DNA of 62,678 nucleotides, the filler included, from Globobulimina sp. (Eukaryota), in NCBI GenBank assembly GCA_003354225.1. It is 39 parts of 39 records of this genome, joined end to end, with 100 filler letters (N's around TTAATTAATTAA, not from the genome) between each part and the next. Parts side by side here need not be neighbours in the genome. Positions count along the whole stretch, not along the records: positions 46,689 to 48,197 come from PIVH01015550.1; positions 48,298 to 49,806 come from PIVH01015551.1; positions 49,907 to 51,415 come from PIVH01015552.1; positions 51,516 to 53,024 come from PIVH01015553.1; positions 53,125 to 54,633 come from PIVH01015554.1; positions 54,734 to 56,242 come from PIVH01015555.1; positions 56,343 to 57,851 come from PIVH01015556.1; positions 57,952 to 59,460 come from PIVH01015557.1; 31 more parts are not named here. One strand, written 5' to 3'. The notes under the pieces were generated by a model, which was given only the letters and a program-made list of their open reading frames with translations, did not search any database and had not been told where the DNA came from. Position 1 is the stretch's first letter; every line of letters begins with the position of its first letter. Made by a program: the position numbers and the translations under genes. Positions 46,929 to 58,418 of this stretch are shown here, one piece after another.

Positions 46929-48197
46929 ATGCATACAACCATGGAAACGATGTATATTGCGTTTTGCATTTTATTTTTAACGCACACCGTCGTCACGTAT
47001 GCAGAGCCACCACCAAATGATAATGCCTGTGATGCGACACTTATTCATATTGGTGATTCTGTCGTAGCCGATGTGACCAACGAAGCTACCAAAGAGACCG
47101 GCGAAATATCTCCCGGTGTTGATGCAGCTAATGGATTCGGCCAATATGGATGGTACTATGACGACACCAATGTTCAAAATTCCATCTGGTACAAAGTCAC
47201 CGCATTTGAATTGAAATTAAAAATGGTCGAATATTCGGGTTTTTGTCTTAATACACAATTAGCTGTGTATACTGTCACCGATTGCGCAGATTTTAGCACA
47301 TTTACATTGATCAAAGCAAATGATAATTCGGGGGGCTGTTCTGGCGCTGCACAAATTTATCCCTTTACTGAGTGTGCAACGCAAGAATATTACATTCAGG
47401 TTGATTCATTTAACGGTCAAACAGGTACCTTCCAAATGGATGTGACGGGACTGGAAGAAGGCGAATGTCCGGCAATGACAAATGACAATGTTTGTGATGC
47501 CACGCAAATTGCAGTGGGCGATGTTGTCATTGATGTATTGACTCAGTACGGCACCAATCAAAGCAATGAAATAATTCCCCCAAATATCGACGATTGTACC
47601 GGTCAAAGTGGATGGTGTGACTGGGAGCCATGGGAGCCAAATGTACAAAATTCACTGTGGTACAAAGTGACAGCATCCGAATTAGAATTAGAAATAGTGT
47701 GTTATGCCGGTGTTTGTGTCGATACTCAATTGGCTGTTTATACTGCCACCGATTGTGGTGATTTTAGCACATTTACGTTGGTGAAAGCAAATGACGACAG
47801 TTACAACTCTTACTCTGACATTTACTCTGTGGCTTCGCATATATTGCCGTTTAATGCCAGTAATAACATTACCCAATGTGTGGAATATTATATTCAAGTG
47901 GATGGATTTGCTGAGCCTGGTATCGCCACCGGCGTTTTCCAGATAAATGTAATTGGAGAATGTGAATGTAATTCGTGTCATTCCTCGGCGCCTTCCTCTG
48001 CGCCTTCCTCTGTGTCTTCCTCTGCGCCTACGACGTCTTCAAAGTCTTCAGCATCTTCGGAGTCTTCCGACAGTAAAACGTATGTTTCCTTTGTCTCCGT
48101 TTTTATATATTTGCTGTAATTATTAATGGAATGTTTTATTTGCGTTAAGGAGTGATAGCATTTCGGAGGATTCTGATGATAGAAAAAAGAAAAGGAA
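46929..48197 (+). CDS. Secreted protein with two PPC-like 'PxNDxxCDA' beta-sandwich repeats (3' partial)
   Basis: Signal peptide. Duplicated unit NDNxCDAT...VQNSxWYKVTA...TQLAVYTxTDCxDFSTFTLxKANDx...YYIQVD. Ser stalk. Intron 48080..48149. Confidence 0.85.
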
Positions 48198-48297
48198 NNN
48201 NNNNNNNNNNNNNNNNNNNNNNNNNNNNNNNNNNNNNNNNNTTAATTAATTAANNNNNNNNNNNNNNNNNNNNNNNNNNNNNNNNNNNNNNNNNNNN

Positions 48298-49591
48298 AAT
48301 ATAATATCACTCATATCCTTGCCATCATATATACGCTCGTCATCCGGCAAATATTTCATCGAATCACTAATATTGATCATGGTCATGAAAATATCCATAG
48401 TGGACACAATCTCTGCGGAACGCGAACCGGGCGGAATACGTCCTGGCCAATGAGCAAAAGCAGCTTGGCGCATTCCACCTTCCCACGTCGTAAACTTACC
48501 CATATAAAACAGTCCTAAGTGCAATATAAATGTAAGCATCAAAGAGGACTGAGGACATATCTATAGTGCGTACCTGCAGTGCCTTGAGCCAAATTCTTTT
48601 GAAGCCAGGGACCATTATCTGTAGTCCAAAAAGTCAAGGTATTGTCAGCAACTCCAGCATCGACCACGGCCGCATAGATGCTACCAATCACATTGTCAAC
48701 TTCCTGCACAGCATCGCCATATCTCCCGGCAATGGACGAGTTGCAGAATTTTGTGTTGGTGAAATCAGGGACATGCACATGTGAATGAGCCATGTATAGC
48801 ACAAACGGCGTCTGTGCAGCAGCTTGGGCGTGGATGAAATCTGCAGCGTGTTGGATAAATAAGTCAGACAATGTGGACAAATCGACAGGTTGTTGCAATA
48901 CAGTCGAATCATTTAATAATGGTAAAGGTAGATTGTAGCCTTTAGTGTCCGGCAACCATGCGGAGGCGCCCATATCTGTAGAATATGGTATCCAAAATGC
49001 AGAGTCGAAGCCATGGTTTTGGGGTTGAAACTGCTCTCTTTGACCGACATGCCACTTCCCCTGCATTCTGGTGGCATATCCTGCTTGTTTTAATACAGCG
49101 GCAAATGTACTTTCATTCAGTGGCAAACCGCCAATCGATGTGGGACTGAAATTGCCTCCGCTCCAACCGCCTGCACATCCGCTACGAACTGGTTATTGAT
49201 TCTTAAAATATACATCAAATAATAATATGGAACAGTAATTTATAATACCTGGAAAGCGCCCGGTAAGCATTGCAGCTCTGCTTGGCGAGCATGTTGGTTG
49301 TCCGGTATACCATGATGTTAATACCATGCCCTCTGCCGCTAATTTATCAATATTCGGCGTATTGATACTTGGATGTCCTGTAAAACCTACATCGCCATAT
49401 CCCATATCATCCACAAAAAATATTACGAAATTCGGTAAAGTTGCCGCCGGAGTTTTAGATGAAGGCATATTTTTTTTCTTGATTTCGTTTAACAAGTATC
49501 GATCTGAGGGGAGTGGCCATTTCGTGTCTTGTACAGATGATGTTAGTGTGATGCAGATGATCGATATACAGAGAAGTAGGGAGGCCATCAT
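48298..49591 (-). CDS. Arylsulfatase (ARSA/ARSG-like, 3' partial)
   Basis: PNFVIFFVDDMGYGD, formylglycine motif CSPSRAAMLTGR, GKWHVG, HVHVP, TTDNGP and GKFTTWEGGMR. Two short introns. Confidence 0.95.
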
Positions 49592-49906
49592 TATTAAATA
49601 GTATAGGGGCTATAGGTCAGTAGAGGAACTGGGCAATTCCATAAACTTATGTTTATTATTACTATGTTGAATGATGTTGTCTTGCAATTGTATATTATGG
49701 TCCCTCCCAACCAATGATACGCTCGCTAAATCATTCTCATTTGCAACATCCAGATCAGATTTATTAAAAATTATTGCGATCACGGATTTATTGCTAAATC
49801 TATCCANNNNNNNNNNNNNNNNNNNNNNNNNNNNNNNNNNNNNNNNNNNNTTAATTAATTAANNNNNNNNNNNNNNNNNNNNNNNNNNNNNNNNNNNNNN
49901 NNNNNN

Positions 49907-51280
49907 TACATGAAAAACGTCGATTTTAATGTTGTCCCAAAGCGGTTATCGTATCATCTAAAAATTATGAAGACACCAAATAATTTAAAGAGTCATATTG
50001 AAGATGTGAATGGGCAAAAAATATCCTTTGATACAAATTGGGTCACGAATTGGGCGGAGAATTTAGAGAAACACAATGATGAGAGTCTGAATGATAAGAA
50101 AGTAAATTGGAATTTGATACAATTATTATTCTCTGATGGATCGAATAAAGATGGATTTGGAGGCGCAGGCTTTTGGTCATGTCACCTAAATTATTATCTA
50201 ACGAAAGCAGATTTGAATGATTTGAGAAGAAAGAATTACCGACAAAGCGAAGGGCCGTATAACAACAAATACAGTGACTATTTTTTTGGTGCATCTCTGA
50301 CAGCACTACGAAGCTCAATTGATCACTGTGAATTGGATGCAGCCATCAAAGGATTGAACGCAGCGTACCAATATTTCTACAAAGTTTATAAAATTGACTC
50401 GGATTTAGTTCAAAGTCATCTCTGTCTAATTATTGACAGTGAAACAGTGGTAAGATGGATTGCAGGCGTTTATAAAATTGATAACTTAAACATTTATAAC
50501 AAAGTTAAGAAATTGTATGAAATGATGACGGATTTAGAGGATTTTGGCATAGATATACACCTAATTTGGGTGAGAGCACATAACAATGAGATTGGCAATG
50601 AAATAGCCGATGACATGGCAAAAGCGGGGATGTTTAATATTTATCGGACTATATTTTGGAATGAAGTCGAAAAAGAATATTCAAAATATGAATGGGATAA
50701 TTATAGTTACAAAGCGGTAAAAAAGGAGAATAAAAGAAAATCTTTTTATAATACATTGAATAATTGGAGAGATTATAAGAAAGAAAAGAAGAAAAGAAAC
50801 ATAAATACGGATATAAACTTAACGGAAAATTTGATTGATTGGAATATTGAGTATATTGATGCATATAAATATGAGATGAAAAATATGGTCAGATGGCAAT
50901 GGAAGATTGTAGCCCAACTTCGTTCGGGCCACACGCAGCTAAATGGACAGAAAAAGTATGGATTTGTAACCAGAAATTGTTTATTTTGTGAGAATGAAAA
51001 GAAAGAAAGTATAATTGAGGACATTTATCACTTTATATATGTATGCGAGGAACACCAAAGACAAAGAAGATCGATGATTGAAAATATAAATGAAATTGAT
51101 GAGGATCATAATAGTATGGGATTATGCAATTTGCTGTTTCCATATCAAAATAAGTTGATGGACAGAGATATAAATAGGAATTTGAGTGAGAAAGCAAGAT
51201 TATTGTCATTACGGATTCAAATATTAAGCGAGTTATGTGAATTTGTGCGAAGTACAAAACGGTTAGAAACAAAGAGGTAA
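49907..51280 (+). mobile_element. Non-LTR retrotransposon ORF2 3' end: RNase H plus C-terminal CCHC finger
   Basis: RNase H catalytic motifs LFSDGS, CELDA, IIDSE and WVRAH...GNEIADDMAK. Then QLRSGHTQLN...CLFC...EDIYHFIYVC. Confidence 0.9.
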
Positions 51281-51515
51281 TCTATGGACAATGTGATTTG
51301 TATTGTCTATTCTATGAATTTTTCTTTTTGTGTGTATGAACCAACAGAGACTGTGGATCGTCCTATATTGCTTTTGCAATTTATCAACGTGAAAAGGATG
51401 TATACAGTTGTTGGTNNNNNNNNNNNNNNNNNNNNNNNNNNNNNNNNNNNNNNNNNNNNTTAATTAATTAANNNNNNNNNNNNNNNNNNNNNNNNNNNNN
51501 NNNNNNNNNNNNNNN

Positions 51516-51849
51516 TGCATTGAACCATACTACGAAAGTGTTAACCGGTCCAATCTTAGTTTGTCTCATTGTATTTATGAATAGTAATACTGCCGGATGT
51601 GCCTCCCCAATTTGGAAAGCATTTAAATTGCCATTATGTAAATATTCAACCATTATATGTTTTGTCATACAAAGAATTGTCAGAATTGCAGCATTTTTGT
51701 TGGCTGCGCGAGTTAAATCTGAACATTTTTTGGGGAAAGATTATTATTATGTTGTATTGGTAGTATTTGCAGTTGCATTGGATATTTGGGATATTTATAG
51801 TCAAATCAATTCCATTTATCAATATTATATCAAAAGCACAAGCAAATAA
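51516..51849 (+). CDS. 3' end of a hypothetical membrane protein
   Basis: Open from the contig edge with three hydrophobic segments. Confidence 0.5.
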
Positions 51850-52137
51850 TTATAAAGATATAGAAATAATTTTAAAAATAATGTAATGATTTGTATTTTT
51901 TGAGATATTTATCTCACAAAAACCTATACTTTTTCACAGAGTGTAATGAGTAAATCATTATTTATATGTTTTTTTTTGTTTTTTTCTTCAAAACATAAGA
52001 AATCTTATTAGCATATTTTAATTATTATTAGCATAGTTTTTTTTTGTTTAACTTATTAGCATATTTTAATTATTGTTTAATTATTAATTAAACAAACTTC
52101 CACTCTACACCGAAATCAAAAACTGAGACCAACAAAC

Positions 52138-53024
52138 ATGGCGTTGTCTACTACACTTGCTTTGATATTTGCAATTATAGCCAGCGTCATTGATTATTAT
52201 GAACCTGGAATTATGTTCAATGAAATCAATGTAAAATTCATTCTGCTGTTAGCTGCAGTATTTTTGATTGCTATAGAAATATTACGCTATATTTGCTCAA
52301 TTTGTGGTTACATATTATTTCGATACAAATCTGGCCGTAATATCATTGATCATTATCGAAATGGCTCATTTGCTCAAAGTACAATTAATTCATATTCAGC
52401 CAAAGAAATATCGATATTTTTACCAATTATTATTGAAACAATTCTATGTATTCCATTTAATTTGTTATGGTTTAAACAAGCGTTATTATTAAAATTACTG
52501 CAAAGAATTCAAAATGATGCATATAAATCATTGTTTCAATCATTTTCATTTTATATTAATTCAAATAAATTTATTTTACCGAAATTGCGCAAAATATCAG
52601 CAAACAATGCAAAATTAAATAAAATATTAATAAAATTGATTGGGAATGCCACTCGAAATGAAACTGCATTTATTTATTTCTATCAACAAGTCTATCAAAA
52701 AGGACTCAGAACAATGAAAGTAAATAGCAGTTCCAAAATAATTCCAGTTCCATCATCTGCAAAAACGAATATTTATGATCCAGTCCATCCAAACAATATT
52801 ATTTTGTCACATGTTGAAATCAAAAAGATTATGGCATCAAATGCCAAACCTTTGTTAATACATTGTTATTCAAACAAAATCTTATCATCTAAATTGTTAT
52901 TGAAGTATGGTGATGATTTAAGGAAAGATGCCGCTGTTTTATTAATGTTTCGCTTTATAAATAATATTTGGAAAAGCAATGGAATTGATATTTGTTCATT
53001 TATTTATAATGTGATCCCAATGAG
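52138..53024 (+). CDS. PI3/PI4-kinase-family protein with N-terminal transmembrane segments (3' partial)
   Basis: IMASNAKPLLI and LLKYGDDLRKDAAVLLMFRFINNIWK...YNVIP (PI3Kc N-lobe), preceded by two or three hydrophobic helices. Confidence 0.8.
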
Positions 53025-53124
53025 NNNNNNNNNNNNNNNNNNNNNNNNNNNNNNNNNNNNNNNNNNNNTTAATTAATTAANNNNNNNNNNNNNNNNNNNN
53101 NNNNNNNNNNNNNNNNNNNNNNNN

Positions 53125-53296
53125 CTACACACAAAAACCAGATACTAATTGGCGCAACACATTGGCAATTCTTTTCTAGACACAAAAACCAGATTTTAAT
53201 TGGCGCAACACATTGGCAATTCTTTTCTAGACACAAAAACCAGATTTTAGTTGGCGCAACACATTGGCAATTCTTTTCTACACACAAAAACCAGAT
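53125..53296. repeat. 51-bp minisatellite, about 3.4 copies, truncated by the contig edge
   Basis: Unit CTAGACACAAAAACCAGATTTTAATTGGCGCAACACATTGGCAATTCTTTT, head to tail, no spacers. Confidence 0.95.
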
Positions 53297-53518
53297 GGAT
53301 AGTCAATACAATCTTTTGCTCAAAAATAACTTTCTATATATTTATAATACAGTAGATGATATAGTTGGGTGCTAGTCTAGCTAACTTACTCTAATATCAC
53401 CTCATAAACATTTAAAAACCTCTAAAACAATCCCTTTCATCCTCAACGCACAAGAACACACACGTGGCACTTCCTCCATCTCTCTCATAACATCCATCCA
53501 TCCATCCATCCATACATT

Positions 53519-54223
53519 ATGCAAAACCTTTCACACTCGCAACATAACCACATCAATGATACAACAAATTCGGCAATTAATGGCAACTTCAGCGGCAGCG
53601 GCAACCGCGGCAACAACCATATCAGCGGTAGAGTACGGCGACGGGCAGAGGCAGACCGTGACGAAACACGCGCAGTCCGTGATGAAACACGTGCAATGAT
53701 GCCCGCCAGAAAACGCGCCAAATATGAATCGCCCAACGCGCATAATCGCAACCGCAATTCCCCCAATCGCCGCAACCGCAATACCAACACAAACACCGTG
53801 GCTGCTCGTAACACCACCGCAGCAACAAGCACCGCTACACAACCGCAGCAAACATCACCACCCCAACAACAACAACAACGACCTATCCCAACAACCATAG
53901 CCGCAAGAGACGCCGCCGCGTACGCAAGAGCCGCAGCGAGAAGAAACCCAAACACGGAGTGTTTGCCGTATTTTGTTTTCACGAGCGTCCGAATCCTCGT
54001 TTTAAACGCACACCGATGGATTCGGATGATTGAACTCCGGAATCCTAATATTGATGCCCGGCAAACTTTGATTGATGCCGTCACCGGGCATGCCTCGTGT
54101 TTTTATGGTGCCTTTTGGTTGGAGACCCATACATTGCAATTGCGAGTGACATTTGCGATGGATATCGTTAATAAGGAGTATGTCATCGGGGTGTTGAGGC
54201 AATTAATGAATTTTTGTAAATAG
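53519..54223 (+). CDS. Hypothetical protein: N/R/T low-complexity N-half and ~90-aa globular C-domain
   Basis: 234-aa ATG-to-TAG ORF followed by a T-rich 3' region. Confidence 0.65.
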   Translation: MQNLSHSQHNHINDTTNSAINGNFSGSGNRGNNHISGRVRRRAEADRDETRAVRDETRAMMPARKRAKYESPNAHNRNRNSPNRRNRNTNTNTVAARNTTAATSTATQPQQTSPPQQQQQRPIPTTIAARDAAAYARAAARRNPNTECLPYFVFTSVRILVLNAHRWIRMIELRNPNIDARQTLIDAVTGHASCFYGAFWLETHTLQLRVTFAMDIVNKEYVIGVLRQLMNFCK

Positions 54224-54733
54224 ATAGGTGCGCTCGTGTGTGTTTTATTGTTTTTTTTTTTTCCGATGTCCTTAAATATTGTTTTATTGTTTATTCAAAA
54301 TGTTTTATTATATTACTCTATGTCTTTCTTTTTTATTTTTTTTATTTTTTTATTTTATTATTCCTCTGCTGCATAAAATGGATATTGATATGGATGGCGA
54401 ATTGGCGATGGTTCTGTCGTCGTGCTGCTCATTTAATACGCCCGCAATGTAATGTATATAAGAAATGTCATCATCATATCATATTGGCTCCAAGTTATAT
54501 GAATTAGCCACTTCATTATCGCGGTCTGCATAAAGTATTATCAAATAAGCAAACAACACCAACAGCGGATGCGCATCGACAAAGACCTGGTATGCCCGAG
54601 CAACAACAGACAAATGACCAGGAATTATTCCATNNNNNNNNNNNNNNNNNNNNNNNNNNNNNNNNNNNNNNNNNNNNTTAATTAATTAANNNNNNNNNNN
54701 NNNNNNNNNNNNNNNNNNNNNNNNNNNNNNNNN

Positions 54734-54929
54734 ACGTTACTGGATTTTCCAATAATTTATATTTTCCCATTATTTTGTTAATCTTCGTAACTTCAAATTC
54801 TGAAAGCCGGCCAAGTCTTTTTGATATTTCATTACCAATTTTTATCCCAATAGCAACAGCTTCACCATGAGAAATATTATATTCAAGTAATGATTCAAGG
54901 CCGTGACCGATTGTATGACCAAAATTCAT
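54734..54929 (-). CDS. aroB: 3-dehydroquinate synthase internal fragment (prokaryote-like)
   Basis: NFGHTIGHGLES and ISHGEAVAIG metal-binding motifs. The 5' part is replaced by unrelated DNA. Confidence 0.85.
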
Positions 54930-55310
54930 CGCCCAGTTCGGCTTGTCGCAAACCCAAATCCATGCTTCTTAATGCGATTTTGTTCCATAATTCAGGGCTG
55001 TTCTTCCACAGACCTGATTTGACCAAATCCTTGAGTTGATCAGGAGAGAGCAATATAGCTGAAGAAGACATATTCATAAGATACAATAAGCAAACAATGA
55101 CATTAGGGGGAAAATGACTTTCTTATATTTGGGGTGGGGGTAACCTATGGACAGCCTTTGGTGGTTTACTAATTAATAAACATAAACAACGTTAAAGTTA
55201 AACAATAATTGTGTAAGTTTGGCGTCGCCTGTCTACCTCCCCCTCTTATGTAATAGGGGTAGTTTTGTCTACAAACAGTTATTGTTCAAGTGAACCGATA
55301 AAAAACGGTT

Positions 55311-55967
55311 GTGTGTGTCATCTCTCTCTCAAAAATGTCTTTCGATTTATTCAATGAAGATGCTATGATGTCGTTTCCCGCCAATTTCGATTCAGGTTAT
55401 CAAATGACGTCATCTACAGCCAACCCCTTAGTGACGTCATTCCCCATCATCTCAAACTCCGCCCCTTCGGTGACATCATTCCCTGCTGTCTCAAACTCCG
55501 CCCCTTTGGTGACGTCAACTCCTGTCATTCAACCGACCCAAGCAAACGAGCCTACTGTGCCGGATCAGACCTTGGTCAAACCAGAAGTTGAACAAAAGAA
55601 ACGAAATCGACGCAAACAGCCCAACCCCTCCAAATCGACCCCAAAACGACCCAAGGCTACTGCAAAACCCGACCCCAAAAAGAAGGAACTCAAAACTGTC
55701 AAAAAGAAAACCAAACAGGTGCTCAAACAAGATTTAATTCAAATTCCCAAAATGGACGAAATTAAATTTGAACAGCCTGCCAATTTGATGTTCCCCCAAC
55801 TATCCCATACTATCTACATGTGTGAAAAATGTTGGAACGAAACAAAGAAAATACCAGTGATAAATAAGAACTCAAAAATGAAGATTACCATAACTTTGTG
55901 TAATAATTGTGTTGGGTTCAACTCCCAAATTATTGCTCTCTATACCAGTGCGATGTGTAAAAAGTGA
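55311..55967 (+). CDS. Hypothetical basic protein with 13-aa repeats and a C-terminal CxxC...CxxC
   Basis: Intronless ORF, K-rich middle, CEKC...CNNC, AATAAA ~30 nt after the stop. Confidence 0.6.
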   Translation: MCVISLSKMSFDLFNEDAMMSFPANFDSGYQMTSSTANPLVTSFPIISNSAPSVTSFPAVSNSAPLVTSTPVIQPTQANEPTVPDQTLVKPEVEQKKRNRRKQPNPSKSTPKRPKATAKPDPKKKELKTVKKKTKQVLKQDLIQIPKMDEIKFEQPANLMFPQLSHTIYMCEKCWNETKKIPVINKNSKMKITITLCNNCVGFNSQIIALYTSAMCKK

Positions 55968-56684
55968 AAATATTATAAGATACCTTATTATCGAAATAAA
56001 TAAAGGAGAATAAATAACTATTTTTATGACAAGATATGAGGACAAAATACAAGATTGTTGCAAAAATAGCATACCTTTTTTAAAATAGCATAATGGTTCC
56101 TTCAAATTTTCTTCTTTTCTTTCTTTCCGGTCGTCTTCGTCGGACCACGGCGCGCAGCAAAAAAAACTAAAACAAAACGCAGCGGCGGGATAATACCGTA
56201 ACTTACGGGAATACCGTAATCACTCTCCTTGCATTTTCAGGGNNNNNNNNNNNNNNNNNNNNNNNNNNNNNNNNNNNNNNNNNNNNTTAATTAATTAANN
56301 NNNNNNNNNNNNNNNNNNNNNNNNNNNNNNNNNNNNNNNNNNATTGATGGATTGAAGATAATGTCGAGAGGGGAATTGCAACAATGTGATGTTGTTTATA
56401 TTCACATTTCTTTATGGATGAAACCAAAAAAACAATTTAAACGATTGGTTATGGCACATTTATGCAGATTTGAATCAATTTGTTTTTATGCGTTAAGACA
56501 TCCTGACTTAGATGATAGAGCTAAACAAATTGTTCAATGGATCTTTGCAAAATAATTAAGTCTGTAATATTTAACTAAAGTTTTCTAAACCTAAAAGGCG
56601 AAAACCTGCAACATACAGTTTTCTACAGTTAAATATTTGAGAGGGAAAGATATATTAATATTTTTTAAATATCACAATATATTA

Positions 56685-57851
56685 TTATTTTACAATGGAT
56701 GCTCTTTTTTTGAGATTATTTTTGAAAACATTTACAATATGACCGGCACTAATATTTGTAGAATTTCTTCTTGTGGATGGACTGTCAGTTTCTAAGCCAC
56801 TTCTTTTAACTAAAATGGATGATAATTTTTTATAAAATGTATCTGTAGATATCAATAAATCTTTAGCTAATGATTTGACCATAGATACACCAAAACCAAC
56901 GCATAAATATTTATTTATTTCATTTTGTGGTTTTGATTGATCAATTTTTTGAAATATTTCTTCAATTTGTTGTACAATAACTTGTTGATATTGATTCATA
57001 ACAGATTCTAAATTACCTTTAATATCTTGTAAATAATCTTGAATTTCACCTAAATGCTGATCCCGTAACTCCTCTAAAAACGGCCCTTGATTTCCATCCC
57101 TATCCTCTTTAAATAACAGTTCATATCGAACATTATCATGCGGATCATTTAAATCCAATGCATTTAACAATTTTTTCATATTTTGTACATTTTTTGCTGG
57201 GCATAATTTTCTGATTGTTTGCTCAATCAACAATTTTGACAATGATTGAGTCAATTTATTCTGATTTTGTTTTTTATCCTGAACTTGAAATGCATCATAC
57301 AAATTTTTAAGAAATGTAGTTTGATCTCGGTAAACATCTTCAGATAATTCAGCATTCAAAATAAAAGTAAATAACTCGCAATCTGCATCATATCGATATC
57401 TCTCCAATGCAGCTAACATACTGTAGCCTGTCTCCACAACTCGTGATTGAATGGCGTACTCACATTTAAAATAATCGTATAAATAATCACATAAAGACTG
57501 TTTGCAGCCTGATTTTGTGGAATATTTTTTCCTCCAAATATCACTTAATAATTTCTCAAGATCTCTTTTCGGCATTCTTCGTTTTCGTATTGCACCTTTA
57601 TAGCGTAAATATTTTGGTGTATTGTTATCGTAATCAACATCCATATATAAACCCTCATCTTTGATTTGTAGCTCTTCCAATTGTTCGTCAGTTATAATCG
57701 ATTGGAACATTTCAATTTTTTGCTCCAACTGACCTAATGTGGTGGCCATAAAAGCCATGATATCATCGGTTGATTTACCCGCAACGTCTTCCGTTGACAT
57801 GAAATTTAATTCAGTCACTTTCTCCCAGTTTGGACCGATGATTGTCGCGGT
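56685..57851 (-). CDS. TSNAXIP1: Translin-associated factor X-interacting protein 1-like (cilia-associated), 5' partial
   Basis: PKYLRYKGAIRKRRMPKRDLEKLLSDIW, ALERYRYDADCELFTFILNAELSEDVY and LFKEDRDGNQGPFLEELRDQ. Confidence 0.8.
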   Translation of the reverse strand, partial: TATIIGPNWEKVTELNFMSTEDVAGKSTDDIMAFMATTLGQLEQKIEMFQSIITDEQLEELQIKDEGLYMDVDYDNNTPKYLRYKGAIRKRRMPKRDLEKLLSDIWRKKYSTKSGCKQSLCDYLYDYFKCEYAIQSRVVETGYSMLAALERYRYDADCELFTFILNAELSEDVYRDQTTFLKNLYDAFQVQDKKQNQNKLTQSLSKLLIEQTIRKLCPAKNVQNMKKLLNALDLNDPHDNVRYELLFKEDRDGNQGPFLEELRDQHLGEIQDYLQDIKGNLESVMNQYQQVIVQQIEEIFQKIDQSKPQNEINKYLCVGFGVSMVKSLAKDLLISTDTFYKKLSSILVKRSGLETDSPSTRRNSTNISAGHIVNVFKNNLKKRASIVK

Positions 57852-58119
57852 NNNNNNNNNNNNNNNNNNNNNNNNNNNNNNNNNNNNNNNNNNNNTTAAT
57901 TAATTAANNNNNNNNNNNNNNNNNNNNNNNNNNNNNNNNNNNNNNNNNNNNTAGTCACCGAAAGTTTCTAAAAAGAAGATAACTCACATTTCTCACTTCG
58001 TGTAGGCTCAAATTTTGAGTTATGAACATCGTTTAACAGAAGTGGTTGGCCGAAATAGGACATTGCTATAAGTGATCGGATTGCCTTAATTTTCACGGAC
58101 TAAAACAGGAGGCATTCGA

Positions 58120-58398
58120 ATGCGTAGAAAACGTCGTAACCACACAGCATCCTTCAAAGCCAAAGTAGCCTTGGCAGCTCTTAAAGGTGACAAAACTCTA
58201 TCAGAATTGGCTTCAGAATTCGAAGTCCACGCGAACCAGATTACTCAATGGAAGAAACAACTCACAGATCAGGCCAGCGACCTGTTTAAGCATGGTTCCG
58301 GCAAATCTGAAGCAGATGCTGATATTGATAAATTGCATAATAAAATAGGCCGTCTGACGATGGAAAACGATTTTTTATCAAGGGCGCTCAGTCGATAG
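58120..58398 (+). CDS. IS3-family transposase OrfA (HTH)
   Basis: RRNHTASFKAKVALAAL..KTLSELASEFEVHANQITQWKKQL, with RBS AGGAGG upstream. Confidence 0.95.
   Translation: MRRKRRNHTASFKAKVALAALKGDKTLSELASEFEVHANQITQWKKQLTDQASDLFKHGSGKSEADADIDKLHNKIGRLTMENDFLSRALSR
58371..58377 (+). promoter_or_regulatory. Candidate -1 ribosomal frameshift heptamer T_TTT_TTA
   Basis: X_XXY_YYZ pattern in OrfA phase (GAT TTT TTA). The -1 frame is open from here into OrfB. Confidence 0.65.
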
Positions 58399-58418
58399 AT
58401 CGGACTGCGCGCAAACAG

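Noticed and set aside
53125-53296. 51-bp repeats as a CRISPR array or Cys-rich peptide gene (ORF 53069..53287)
   Set aside because: Units are head to tail with no unique spacers and no cas genes. The ORF is a by-product of a repeat length divisible by three.
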